12,795 nucleotides of DNA from Candidatus Poribacteria bacterium (GCA_965205025.1 CBDBFU010000017.1:1-12795); one strand, 5' to 3'; shown: positions 1 through 8,655, counted from the stretch's first letter. The notes: generated from the letters alone by a model not told the origin. Program-made: numbers and translations.

Positions 1-2974
1 ACGTGTACCAAGCCTTGTATTCGTTCAGCATTTCCGTTTTTGGCTCATGAAGAATCGACCCGGAAGTGTTAAGGGGACATTTCAATGGGCTTCCATAGAA
101 ATAGTAGGGAATAAATGGGAACAGGGAGTCGTAACCCAAACCGCTTCAGCATCTGAAGCCAGTCTATCTGAACAACAGGTTATACAAGATACTGTGGAGA
201 GATTCATTGTTGGAACAAAAGATAACTTTAGTTATGATGATTATCAGAGTGCATATTTAGAAATTGAAGATAACGAGCTTTTCAAGAAACTACATCCATT
301 CACTGCAACATCTCTCGGATTTCAGACACAGTATCAACGAGAACAAACACTTAGTTTGGAGTATTTCCTATTCCCCGATTCATACGGTATTACATCAAAA
401 CAATTAAAAGGGTTCACACAAAGTGAAGGACAAGACTTTAGCCAACACGATACACTAAGACTTTGGTTATATGGTGATAAAAGCCATACAACCTTTATTT
501 TACAACTTGCCCCGAATGTACGTACTGGATACCGTAGTTCTTTCTATAGTTCTGATCCATTCCTGAATCAATCCCAACAAGAAGATGATGTTAACATATT
601 TGAGAATCTTACAGATTACTATGAGTACACTATCCCCATTGATTTTGATGGTTGGAAATTGATTGAAATCAACTTAAAAGATGAAAAAGCTAACGAATAT
701 CCTGATAGAGTTCAAAATCAGGATTCAGTAACAGATGTATTTCAAACCCAAACTACACCTATTCCTGTTGGACCTGATGGACATCCAGATGGATTCATAG
801 TTAGAGGAACAGGAACATCGACAAGTCGCTCCCAACTATCAATTAAAAATATTGGGGGTATATTACTCGGTATACGGAACGAAACTGGTAGAGAAGTAAG
901 TGGGGAGGTATGGGTAAATGAAATACACCTTGGTGATCCACTTGTTCGCTCGGGATGGGCACGTAGGGGAAACATGTCTGTCTCACTTGGGAGAATTCTA
1001 AATCTACGGGGTGGTTATGCAAGCCAGGATAAAGACTTTGAGAGTGGGACTGGTGAAATAGGTAGACAAAGATTATCCTCACGTGGTTACAGTACAACCA
1101 ATAACGATTACAACCTTGATGCTGATGTTACAATATTTAGATGGTTACCGATCCGATATTCTATCCGAGAACAAGAATCAGAAACAGAAGCTCTCCGAGG
1201 TAGTTACAGTTCTTATCAAAGCGGTAAAAGTGAAACCCATAATAGGGATATGTCGGTGCAATTTAACCGAAACCCGTTTCCAAATCTTGGTTTCGCCTAT
1301 AACTTTCAAGACTTTTGGAACGAGGCGTCAAGGTACACAGATTAGTCATTTGTATACGGGTTCAGTTCGTTATGACTTAGGTCAGAAACTTGGTTTCAAT
1401 GTTCAGTACAGGCATGAGGATATCATCGCAAAACCAGAGGAAGCAACCGATACATCTGCTGCTTCTTCATCATATTTTAGCTACGGATATGGTAGAAATC
1501 GTGATGAAAAGACAGACAGTGGATCCATATCCTTAAACATCAATCCAATTAGTGCATTCAGTCTGAGTCCAAGCTACGACGTTAGACGAACACTTGAAAA
1601 ACGTGATCCCAATCGAACCAGATCCTCATTTTCCACGTTTGGTTTACCCGCTCAAACGAATACATCCGATACAAAACAGTGAAGAGGATGAACAAGAAAC
1701 ACCTGATTTTTCTTTAGCCGAAAGGGAACATAGACTGTCTTTAACACCTCGATTGAATCGTGATTTTTTAGGGTTACGACCTACGGTAACAAGTCGTGTC
1801 AATTTCCGGGAGAACTGGTTCACGACACAAAAAGATGCCTCACTTAATGGAAACGTAAGTGTAGGGTTAAATCTACGTATTCAGAAATGGTTTTCATGGT
1901 TAATACCAAAACCAAAGACTAAACCCCAAACAGAAGGTGTACCCCAAGCAAAGGGTGAAAAAGAAGGTGAGACTTCGGAACAATCTACTACACCAACTAC
2001 AATAACTGTTGAAGAGTTGCGGAAATCTGGAATTAATGAATCCCAAATTCAAAAACAAATGGAAGAACAGGGAGATTGGATTAGCAGAGATAAGGCTGAT
2101 ATATCTACAGGACAAGGAACACCAGTTCCACAAGTCAAAGAAGGGCTTTTTGGAAGAATCATCAATACCTTCTCAATTAGTACAAATGCAAACTTTTCTG
2201 CATCAGAATCATTTAGACAACTGGAGAATGGACAGGATCTATTAGATATTTGGAATCTTGAGGATGATGCTGAAGAACGCACAAATTCAAGCAAAAGCAA
2301 CCGATACAATTTACGAACTTCAGTTGACCCATGGACATGGGTTTCAATCGGTACAAGCATAATTACTGCAGACAGTTTTCGAAAAAGTTATGCAAGCACA
2401 TTTTTGTCTGATGCTATAACATACGAAGGTAATCTACAGCTTAAAGCACAGGAAACTTCTCGTTTTCAACTCCGTTATAGTTATACAATACGAAGCAGTT
2501 CTAATTTGGATGTTGTGCTCAGTGATAGTAAGGCACACACGCCTTCACTCAGTTGGTCACAAAAAATGGGCACCAGAAACCACAACATCCTTAGGAATTC
2601 GTACAACCCTTCGTGACCAACTTCGTAGCGGAATAAATACGAATGCCTTTATCATCACTCCCAATTTTAGTATAGACTATCGTTATCATACAGAAGGTGG
2701 AATTCGAATCCATTTTTCGGACGAATACCCCTAAAACACGACCTGGATCTAACCAATACCTTATCATTAGCAATCCGTCGTGAAAACTATGGGGCAAATA
2801 AACAGCAAAAGTCTGAACGGTATGAGACAACATTACGCGCAGGATATAAACTCAGCAATCATCTAACAGCGAATCTTCATTTAGGTCTTAGTTACAACCA
2901 CGATAGGGTTGAGGAGGGAAGGAGATTTCCTATCCATCGCCAGTGCATTAACTGTCCGGGGTGAGTTTCAGTAA
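1..2974 (+). CDS. C-terminal part of a large SprA/Sov-like outer-membrane beta-barrel protein (T9SS translocon-like); 5'-truncated, with 5 apparent frameshifts
   Basis: The frame is open from base 2 (RVPSLVFVQHFRFWLMK...). Motifs IGGILLGIRN and GEVWVNEIHL...SGWARRGNMSVSLG resemble SprA (xMIGVRN, IWVNELRL...GGWA) as recalled. Many alternating amphipathic strands follow. ORFs 47-1345, 1083-1682, 1594-2616 and 2510-2734 plus an uncalled tail join through single-base shifts near 1325, 1675, 2563, 2711 and 2923. The result ends ...GGIRIPFFGRIPLKHDLDLTN...LTVRGEFQ* (TAA 2972-2974), with a barrel-type aromatic residue near the C-terminus. Confidence 0.65.
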
Positions 2975-3020
2975 ATGATCTTCTTATCTTATATTAACCC
3001 AAGTTGCCACCTATTTACTT

Positions 3021-3086
3021 ACATAGCACTCCGCTGGAGTGCGGGATGTTGATATACCTTTTTCTATAGACATATCACCCCTCATG
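3021..3086. repeat. REP-like hairpin element, two units about 49 bp apart (second degenerate)
   Basis: Perfect hairpin GCACTCC-GCT-GGAGTGC (3026-3042) preceded by ACATA. A second unit, ACATATCACCCC (3070-3081), matches ACATAGCACTCC (3021-3032) at 10/12 positions. Lies between convergent genes. Confidence 0.55.
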
Positions 3087-3133
3087 AAGTTAAAGAATTT
3101 ATTCGGGTAATTTCCAGTTTCTTGTAGAATCCT

Positions 3134-3157
3134 GTGCGGTTAGGAAACCGCACCTAC
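3134..3157 (-). repeat. GTAG-type REP hairpin
   Basis: The minus strand reads GTAG-GTGCGGTT-TCCT-AACCGCAC: a GTAG tetranucleotide followed by a perfect 8-bp stem, the canonical REP layout. Confidence 0.7.
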
Positions 3158-3292
3158 CAGCTCTGGGTCCAAATTACCTCTTTTATTTTTTTAACTTCAT
3201 CTGGGGTGAGGAAAGCGTCTGAAAATCTGTATTGAAACGATTCAAAGCCGTTAGTAGCAACTTGGGTTATATTAACATTTCTAAATTCTAAT

Positions 3293-3499
3293 TTACCCAC
3301 CTTGCACGGCACGGATAATCTCCACATCACTCCCTTCTTCCAAAACAATGATTTTCCACTGGGACTTTGGAATAACCTTACGATCAATAGCCACTGCAAT
3401 CCCAGACTGCTTCGGATCCAGTTCTATCATGAGGAGTAGATCAAATACATTAATATCTTGAACTACACTTTTCTCTTCACCATTTATATTTATCTTCAT
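3293..3499 (-). CDS. thiS: Sulfur carrier protein ThiS (68 aa)
   Basis: MKININGEEK...GIAVAIDRKVIPKSQW...LEEGSDVEIIRAVQGG*, a ubiquitin-like carrier with C-terminal GG, downstream of thiO. The real start is ATG 3499; the ORF track over-extends to 3577. Confidence 0.95.
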   Translation of the reverse strand: MKININGEEKSVVQDINVFDLLLMIELDPKQSGIAVAIDRKVIPKSQWKIIVLEEGSDVEIIRAVQGG

Positions 3500-3541
3500 G
3501 TTTAACCCTAATTGCCTAACGTGAGTTTGATAAGACACATT

Positions 3542-3596
3542 GTAACCAGAACTTTTAGTTAACACCAGAGTGCCCAAACTGGAAAGTTTGTGCTAC
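3542..3596. repeat. GTAG-type REP hairpin with a degenerate inverted partner (REPIN-like doublet)
   Basis: Minus strand 3596-3572 reads GTA-GCACAAACT-TTCC-AGTTTGGGC (GTAG overlapping the stem, one mismatch). Plus strand 3542-3560, GTAACCAGAACTTTTAGTT, looks like a decayed copy in the opposite orientation. Located between thiO and thiS. Confidence 0.55.
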
Positions 3597-3638
3597 AAAG
3601 ACTATCTTCAGGACAAAATTCTGTTTATCAAACTGACG

Positions 3639-4780
3639 TTAATTGCCTAAAAATCGATCTATCATAAAAGGCGTAATTACATCTGATGTTTCATTTGATA
3701 ACACAAGTTTAGAGATTTCATAAGCAGTAATAGGTGTCAAAAGAATACCATTACGATAGTGTCCTGTTGCATATATCAGATTTTCAATGGGTGTTTTACC
3801 GAGTATCGGTGCATTTATCTCTACTACCTGGTCGCAATCCTGCCCATGATTCCAAAATCGGAAGTTCATATACACCCGGTACAGTTTCCCATGCACCCCG
3901 AAGCAATTCAAATATACCCCCTACTGTTAATCGGGTATCATACCCCATTTCTTCACTTGTAGCACCAATAATCAGTCGTCCATCAGTTCTTGGTACAAGA
4001 TAAACAGAAGTAGGATATCTTGCCCGAACAGTACGGATGACACTATTAATCGAAATCCCCTCCTCCATCTGTAGGGACATCATTTGTCCTTTTACCGGGA
4101 CGGACAGGTGGACGAAAATCATCAGGTATTCCATCAATCTGTGATGACCAACATCCGGCTGATAGGATAACTATATCCCCACGGATAAATCCAGCATGAG
4201 TTTCAATACCGTTTACTTGAGAATCTTCAATATGGATTTTCTGAATTGGATAATTCTCGTGTAGAACCCCACTATTTTTCTGAAATGCGGCTTTGAGTGC
4301 AGTCACCATCAATCGGTTGTCAACCTGATAATCACTTTCACACTGAATTGCTGCAGTCACTCGTGGTGAAAGAGCGGATTCAATTTCCCTAACTTCTCCA
4401 CCACTAAGCCAATTCACACTCAAACCTAATTGTTGTTGTGCTTGGTAAAGATGCCTAAGCTGGTGTGTGTCATCAGATTCAAGACCCACAATTAATGTCC
4501 CTTCGACTCGAAAACCTACAGACATTTCCGCATCTGATTCTAATTCACTTACCCATTTAGGATATAAACCTAAACTCTCACACCCTAACTTCAGGAGTTC
4601 TGGTTCTTCAGTATGTGCTTCTGCAAAAGGGGCAAGCATCCCAGCTGCTGCCCAGGATGCTGCACGACCTGCTTCTGCACTATCATAAATTGTAACATCA
4701 GCCCCTGACTTGGTTAGTTGCCAACCAATGCTAAGTCCAATGACACCACCACCGATGATGATAATCTTCTTATTCTTCAT
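3639..4780 (-). CDS. thiO: Glycine oxidase ThiO (FAD-dependent); 2 apparent frameshifts
   Basis: FAD motif IIGGGVIGLSIGW and ASWAAAGMLAP, then RPVKGQM, YLVPRTDGRLIIGAT, WAGLRPGSRDNAPILG and ATGHYRNGILLTP across ORFs 4046-4780, 3796-4137 and 3639-3911. These join by removing one base in GGG 4097-4099 and one in TTT 3814-3816. Adjacent to thiS in a TPP-controlled operon. Confidence 0.93.
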
Positions 4781-5757
4781 CTAATAAATTAACAAAGAGA
4801 TCTTCTGCTTTAACTTCCTTGGAAATCAACTTGTTTTCAAGGGCAAATTTTGTGAAAGCATCCCACTTCTCTTTAGATTTGCACCTGCGTAGTAGCAAAC
4901 AGATCTACAGTATCACGAAATGCGAGTTCCTCTAATTCTTTATTTTTATCTGGATTCGCCTTGAAGAACATCTGAAGTGCCATCTCAGGACTTTTTTTCG
5001 TAAAAGCAATCGCCTCTTGTATTGCCATCATTAACTTTTTTGCAGTATCAGGATGATTATCCAAATAAGTATCGTTCGTAATGATTACAAGTTCGTAGTA
5101 GTCTGGGATGCCGTGTTCTTCAAGTGGAAAGAAATCTGCATCTATACCTTCAAGTTTTAATAGATTAATCTCGTAATTGCGAAACGGACCTATAACTGCA
5201 TGTATCTGATTATGTACGAGAGGGACTATTATGTTCGTTCCTACATTAATCAAATCATAATCATCTTCTGATAATCCGGCATTCGCTGCAATTGTATTAA
5301 ATAATAACACATCCAAGGGGGCTACAGTATAACCTATTTTCTTTCCTTTAAAATCTGCCGGGGTCTTAATTCCCGATTTTTTGAGAAAGGTAATGGTATT
5401 CAATGGATGTTCGACAAGTAATCCTATTGATTTAACTGGTAATTCCTCTTTGCTGGTACGCGCAATTGTTACACTATGTTGATAACTCACAGCAAACGGA
5501 TATTTTCCTGCTGCAACCAGTTTAAGCGGTGCATCCGGATCGCCACCCCATTGCAAATCTACATTTAATCCATGTTTCTTAAATGTCTGTTGTTTAGCTA
5601 CAAACAGAGGGACATGATCGATATTCTCAACCCAATCTAAAAGTAGGGTAACCTTATGCAATTCAGATTCAAGATGACTATCTGCATTACTATGAATATA
5701 TCCTGCAAATATAACCATAGAACAGATAAGAATCGTTATGTAATGTACTTTTTTCAT
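4770..5757 (-). CDS. thiY: NMT1/THI5 (ThiY-like) ABC transporter substrate-binding protein, probably for a thiamine pyrimidine precursor; 1 apparent frameshift near the 3' end
   Basis: Signal peptide MKKVHYITILICSMVIFAG (ATG 5757, AGGAG upstream). Family motifs LLLDWVENIDHVPLFVA, AVSYQ, SGIKTPADFKGKKIGY, RNYE and GIPDYYELV. Removing one base of TTT 4878-4880 restores the tail QSKEKWDAFTKFALENKLISKEVKAEDLFVNLLDEE*, whose stop (4770-4772) overlaps the thiO start region. Confidence 0.85.
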
Positions 5758-5793
5758 ATCAGAAATTATCTCCTTTAAGTTTTTGAATTCCAA

Positions 5794-6561
5794 TTACTGA
5801 AATTCAGGTAGTGTGTTTTGATATTGTCTCCACGGCATAGCAAATCGTTCAATTAGTGTCATGAGTGTAAAAAGACCTAACCCTAAAAAAGTTAAGCAGA
5901 ATATAGCAGCAAACACAAGTGATACTTCCAGACTTGCATTTGCATATAACATTAGATAACCCAAACCCTCCGTTGCTCCTACCCATTCACCAATTACTGC
6001 CCCAATCGTAGAAATTGATATGCCAATCTTTGCACCGGAGAAAATGAATGGTAATGCAGACGGTAAGTGGAGTTTCCATAGTATTTTCCATCTACCAGCA
6101 CGCATGATACGAAACAAATTCACTGTGTCTGGATCAGTGGATTTTAATCCGTCTAATGTATTCAATACAATAGCAAAAAAGACAATTATAGCTGCCATTG
6201 CAACTTTAGAGGAAATACCAAATCCAAACCATACAACCAACAAAGGGGCAATTGCAAACACTGGTACAGTCTGAGATCCGATTACATAGGGATAAAATGC
6301 TGTCTCAAGTACTGGAAATTCAAACATTAATACTGCCAACGGGATCCCAAAACTGACAGCGAGGATAAATCCCAGTAACATTTCTTGAAGTGTAACCCAC
6401 GAATGTTTAAGTAATCGTAATCGTTCTTCAAATAGGGTCAATATTATTTTGGATGGAGGTGGTAGAATAAAATGTTCTATCTCGAATAAGAATACTAATA
6501 ATTCCCATATACCCAACAAGAACAGAAGAATACTAATAGGTATTACCACTTTGTAAAACAC
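5794..6561 (-). CDS. thiX: ABC transporter permease, SsuC/TauC/ThiX family (255 aa)
   Basis: Motifs ILPPPSKI, QTVPVFAIAPLLVVWFGFG, LPSALPFIFSGAKI and GAVIGEWVGATEGLG. Likely start is GTG 6561 with GGAG 7 nt upstream. The ORF-track start at 6654 runs through the attenuator hairpin. Confidence 0.88.
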   Translation of the reverse strand: MFYKVVIPISILLFLLGIWELLVFLFEIEHFILPPPSKIILTLFEERLRLLKHSWVTLQEMLLGFILAVSFGIPLAVLMFEFPVLETAFYPYVIGSQTVPVFAIAPLLVVWFGFGISSKVAMAAIIVFFAIVLNTLDGLKSTDPDTVNLFRIMRAGRWKILWKLHLPSALPFIFSGAKIGISISTIGAVIGEWVGATEGLGYLMLYANASLEVSLVFAAIFCLTFLGLGLFTLMTLIERFAMPWRQYQNTLPEFQ

Positions 6562-6572
6562 ACTCAGACTCC

Positions 6573-6629
6573 AACAAAAAAGCCGTCTTCCTTTTCTGGT
6601 GATTGGGTACACCCAAAGGAAACGGCTCC
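6573..6629 (-). terminator. Intrinsic terminator, likely the expression platform of the TPP riboswitch
   Basis: Minus strand AGCCGT-TTCCTTT...AAAGGAA-G-ACGGCT followed by TTTTTGTT, lying between the aptamer and the first gene. It contains an inner hairpin TTGGG-TGTA-CCCAA. Confidence 0.75.
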
Positions 6630-6719
6630 ATTCCTCAAAATATGAGGATGACAATTTTAAGGTATAGAACTTATTACCTAATTGTCATTTGGCTTAAAGT
6701 ACATATTCAATGCACTTTA

Positions 6720-6806
6720 TATATTTCCCTACGCTGGCATGACCCAGATCAGGTTCAAAGGGTGTTTTCTCAGCTCCTATATGAATAAGAGCACCCCGTT
6801 ATGCTT
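6720..6806 (-). ncRNA. TPP riboswitch (THI element) aptamer
   Basis: Minus strand ACGGGGTGCTCTTATTCATATAGGAGCTGAGAAAACACCCTTTGAACCTGATCTGGGTCATGCCAGCGTAGGGAA has the GGGGTGC, GCTGAGA, ACCC, GAACCTGAT and GCGTAGGGAA consensus blocks, upstream of thiamine genes. Confidence 0.97.
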
Positions 6807-6816
6807 AGATTACATT

Positions 6817-6845
6817 ATTCTATCATACCTTTAATTATAATGCAA
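6817..6845 (-). promoter_or_regulatory. Sigma70-type promoter of the thi operon
   Basis: TTGCAT (6845-6840), 17-bp spacer, TAGAAT (6822-6817) with an extended TGn, about 10 nt upstream of the aptamer. Confidence 0.7.
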
Positions 6846-6897
6846 ATTCTAAATATGTCGATTCTTAGGTTTTTTCTTGGTTTTTATTCACCTGTAA

Positions 6898-7578
6898 TCA
6901 ATTTAACTGTTCTGCCCATTCTTTTAAAACGCGCGTCATTTCCACAAAGACATCCTCATCAGATTTCCTTGAACGTTTCAGTGTTTTAAATCCATGGTCT
7001 GCTGTATCCAGTAAATGTAAAGTGGCATTATCACCCAGTTTTTCACAGACAGGTTCGAGTAACTCAAGCTTTGCCAACTTATCTCTTGTACCAGAAAGGA
7101 ATAACATTGGGATGGTTACATCACTTAGATGTTCTGCGCGTTCCGTTCCTTCCTTTCCAGATGGATGTAATGGAAATGCAAAGAACACCAGACCTTTGAC
7201 ATTTTCTATTGGGGAATGCGCAGCTGACATTGAAGACATCCGTCCGCTGTAAGAGTGTCCACCAACAAGAATTGATAAATCTGGAGCAGCTTCATGTGCG
7301 GCTTCTGCAGCAGATTTTACGGTTTGTAATGCGACCGCTTCGGATTCTCGACCGCCTCCCCCACGTTCCATATAAGGAAATTGATAACGAAAGGTAGCAA
7401 CATCAAGATCTGCTAATCGTTCAGCAATTGTCTGTAGAGTTGAACTACGCATATTAGTACTGGCGCCATGTCCAAGTACTAATAACCATTCTGCGTTGTC
7501 AGGACGTATGAGTAGTGAGGAGACCTCACCTTTTTCTGGTGTTGCAATGAACTTAGATTCTAATTCTTCATAATTCAT
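6898..7578 (-). CDS. Alpha/beta-fold hydrolase (KANL3/Tex30-like, dienelactone hydrolase-related)
   Basis: LVLGHGAS, RYQFPYM, nucleophile elbow GGHSYSGRM, FPLHPSGK, acid in GTRD and histidine in ADHGFK. AAGGA RBS upstream. Confidence 0.88.
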   Translation of the reverse strand: MNYEELESKFIATPEKGEVSSLLIRPDNAEWLLVLGHGASTNMRSSTLQTIAERLADLDVATFRYQFPYMERGGGGRESEAVALQTVKSAAEAAHEAAPDLSILVGGHSYSGRMSSMSAAHSPIENVKGLVFFAFPLHPSGKEGTERAEHLSDVTIPMLFLSGTRDKLAKLELLEPVCEKLGDNATLHLLDTADHGFKTLKRSRKSDEDVFVEMTRVLKEWAEQLN

Positions 7579-7632
7579 AGATAATTCCTTAGGTAGATGT
7601 TATTAGAGATAAATGGTAGTGTATAGATTGTG

Positions 7633-7911
7633 TTAGGAGGGAAGGTGAAAAACTTTGGAACGTAATTGGTGGTAGTGATCAAGCTGACTTTTAGTTGGTC
7701 TCATCTCAGCGAGACCGGCGGCAACATCAATTGCCTCACCATTATAAAAGATGTCCTGTCGGGGATATGGAAGTGCTTCTATTTCTTGCTGTAATATGTC
7801 GGCTTCTTCTGTAGATTGTAGAAAAATCTCAGTCAAAGACAATCGAACCAATTTCCAGTATGCGTCAATATGATTACGTGGTAATGGGATGTTAGGATCT
7901 TTTACTGCCAT
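7633..7911 (-). CDS. Hypothetical 92-aa, probably helical protein; possible partner of the upstream DUF3990-like protein
   Basis: AAAGGA RBS upstream of ATG 7911, fills the gap between genes, protein-like composition with an acidic centre (TEEADILQQEIE). No family recognised. Confidence 0.7.
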   Translation of the reverse strand: MAVKDPNIPLPRNHIDAYWKLVRLSLTEIFLQSTEEADILQQEIEALPYPRQDIFYNGEAIDVAAGLAEMRPTKSQLDHYHQLRSKVFHLPS

Positions 7912-8029
7912 GGTTAATACGTCCTTTAGGTTATTACCTTGAGTGTTTTACATTATTGAAGAACATTAATCTCAATTCGAATCTTGTTAATCATATAATA
8001 CGACACCAATAATTTAGTTTCTAAACACC

Positions 8030-8563
8030 CTAAGTATGAAATGTAGGTGAACCTTCACTTTGTATCACGGGTGTTGTTAGTATTTTGAGAGAAGATTCTG
8101 TGTGAAAACTCATTTGGTCAGCATCTTTGATGACTAATCTTTGAGGCCAAAGGGTTACAGGTCCAAAGACAATGTCATAATTCCTACTACCATATAGAAG
8201 ATGTGTTCCCACTTGATTTCGACAATGTTCTACAAAATCCCTATAATCAGAATTAGAACTATCTGTTACAAAACACAAACTCAATAGTGATGCGAGATGG
8301 TTTCTGTCAATCTCGAATTTAAGTACCACTGCTTTGGTTATTTCTTTCGTCTTTCTGGGTGAATTACGATACTTCCTGTCTGCCCAATCCTCTGCTTGTG
8401 TTAACACAGTTGTTAAGTAAAAACCTTGACCAAAATCTGCGTTTGGACTACAAAGCGATAAATCAATGCTATGAGATCCAGAACCAGATGGTTCAATGAT
8501 TGCTGATGCTGCTAAATTTGTCGTGCCGTGATATAAAATGAGAGACCCATTACTCCAGGGCAC
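8030..8563 (-). CDS. DUF3990-like protein, predicted ADP-ribosyltransferase fold
   Basis: LYHGT, IDLSLC, DFGQGFYLTT...QAEDWA, YDIVFGPV and DQMSFHT match the DUF3990 pattern as recalled. GTG start with a strong GAGGAGG RBS. Confidence 0.82.
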   Translation of the reverse strand: MPWSNGSLILYHGTTNLAASAIIEPSGSGSHSIDLSLCSPNADFGQGFYLTTVLTQAEDWADRKYRNSPRKTKEITKAVVLKFEIDRNHLASLLSLCFVTDSSNSDYRDFVEHCRNQVGTHLLYGSRNYDIVFGPVTLWPQRLVIKDADQMSFHTESSLKILTTPVIQSEGSPTFHT

Positions 8564-8594
8564 TACCCAACCTCCTCACTAATACTATTCATAC

Positions 8595-8623
8595 AGTATA
8601 CATTAAGAAACTTGATAATTCAA
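8595..8623 (-). promoter_or_regulatory. Sigma70-type promoter of the DUF3990-like gene
   Basis: TTGAAT (8623-8618), 17-bp spacer, TATACT (8600-8595), about 30 nt upstream of the GTG start. Confidence 0.65.
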
Positions 8624-8624
8624 C

Positions 8625-8655
8625 TTAACTCAATACAATATTAACTCAATACAAT
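8625..8655. repeat. Perfect 15-bp tandem direct repeat
   Basis: TTAACTCAATACAAT at 8625-8639 and 8641-8655, separated by 1 bp. Confidence 0.9.

Noticed and set aside
742-2833. Several short antisense or alternate-frame ORFs within the SprA-like gene
   Set aside because: Fully overlapped by a better-supported coding frame and lacking motifs or RBS.
3021-3157. Possible mini-CRISPR array
   Set aside because: The hairpins differ in sequence, there are no identical regularly spaced repeats and no cas genes. A REP interpretation fits better.
3154-3399. 81-aa ORF on the minus strand downstream of thiS
   Set aside because: Overlaps thiS out of frame, ends inside a REP hairpin and has no recognisable motif. 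The non-overlapping part does not resemble the ThiG N-terminus; at most it is an unidentifiable remnant.
6562-6654. N-terminal extension of the permease ORF (MSSSYFEEW...)
   Set aside because: Runs through the terminator hairpin and lacks an RBS. GTG 6561 has GGAG and gives a family-typical length.
6603-6989. Plus-strand 61-aa and 62-aa ORFs
   Set aside because: They overlap the riboswitch, promoter and hydrolase 3' end on the opposite strand, with no coding evidence.
7965-7992. Imperfect palindrome centred on ATTCGAAT between the DUF3990-like gene and the 92-aa gene
   Set aside because: Only 8 bp are perfectly symmetric in very AT-rich sequence; too weak to call an operator.
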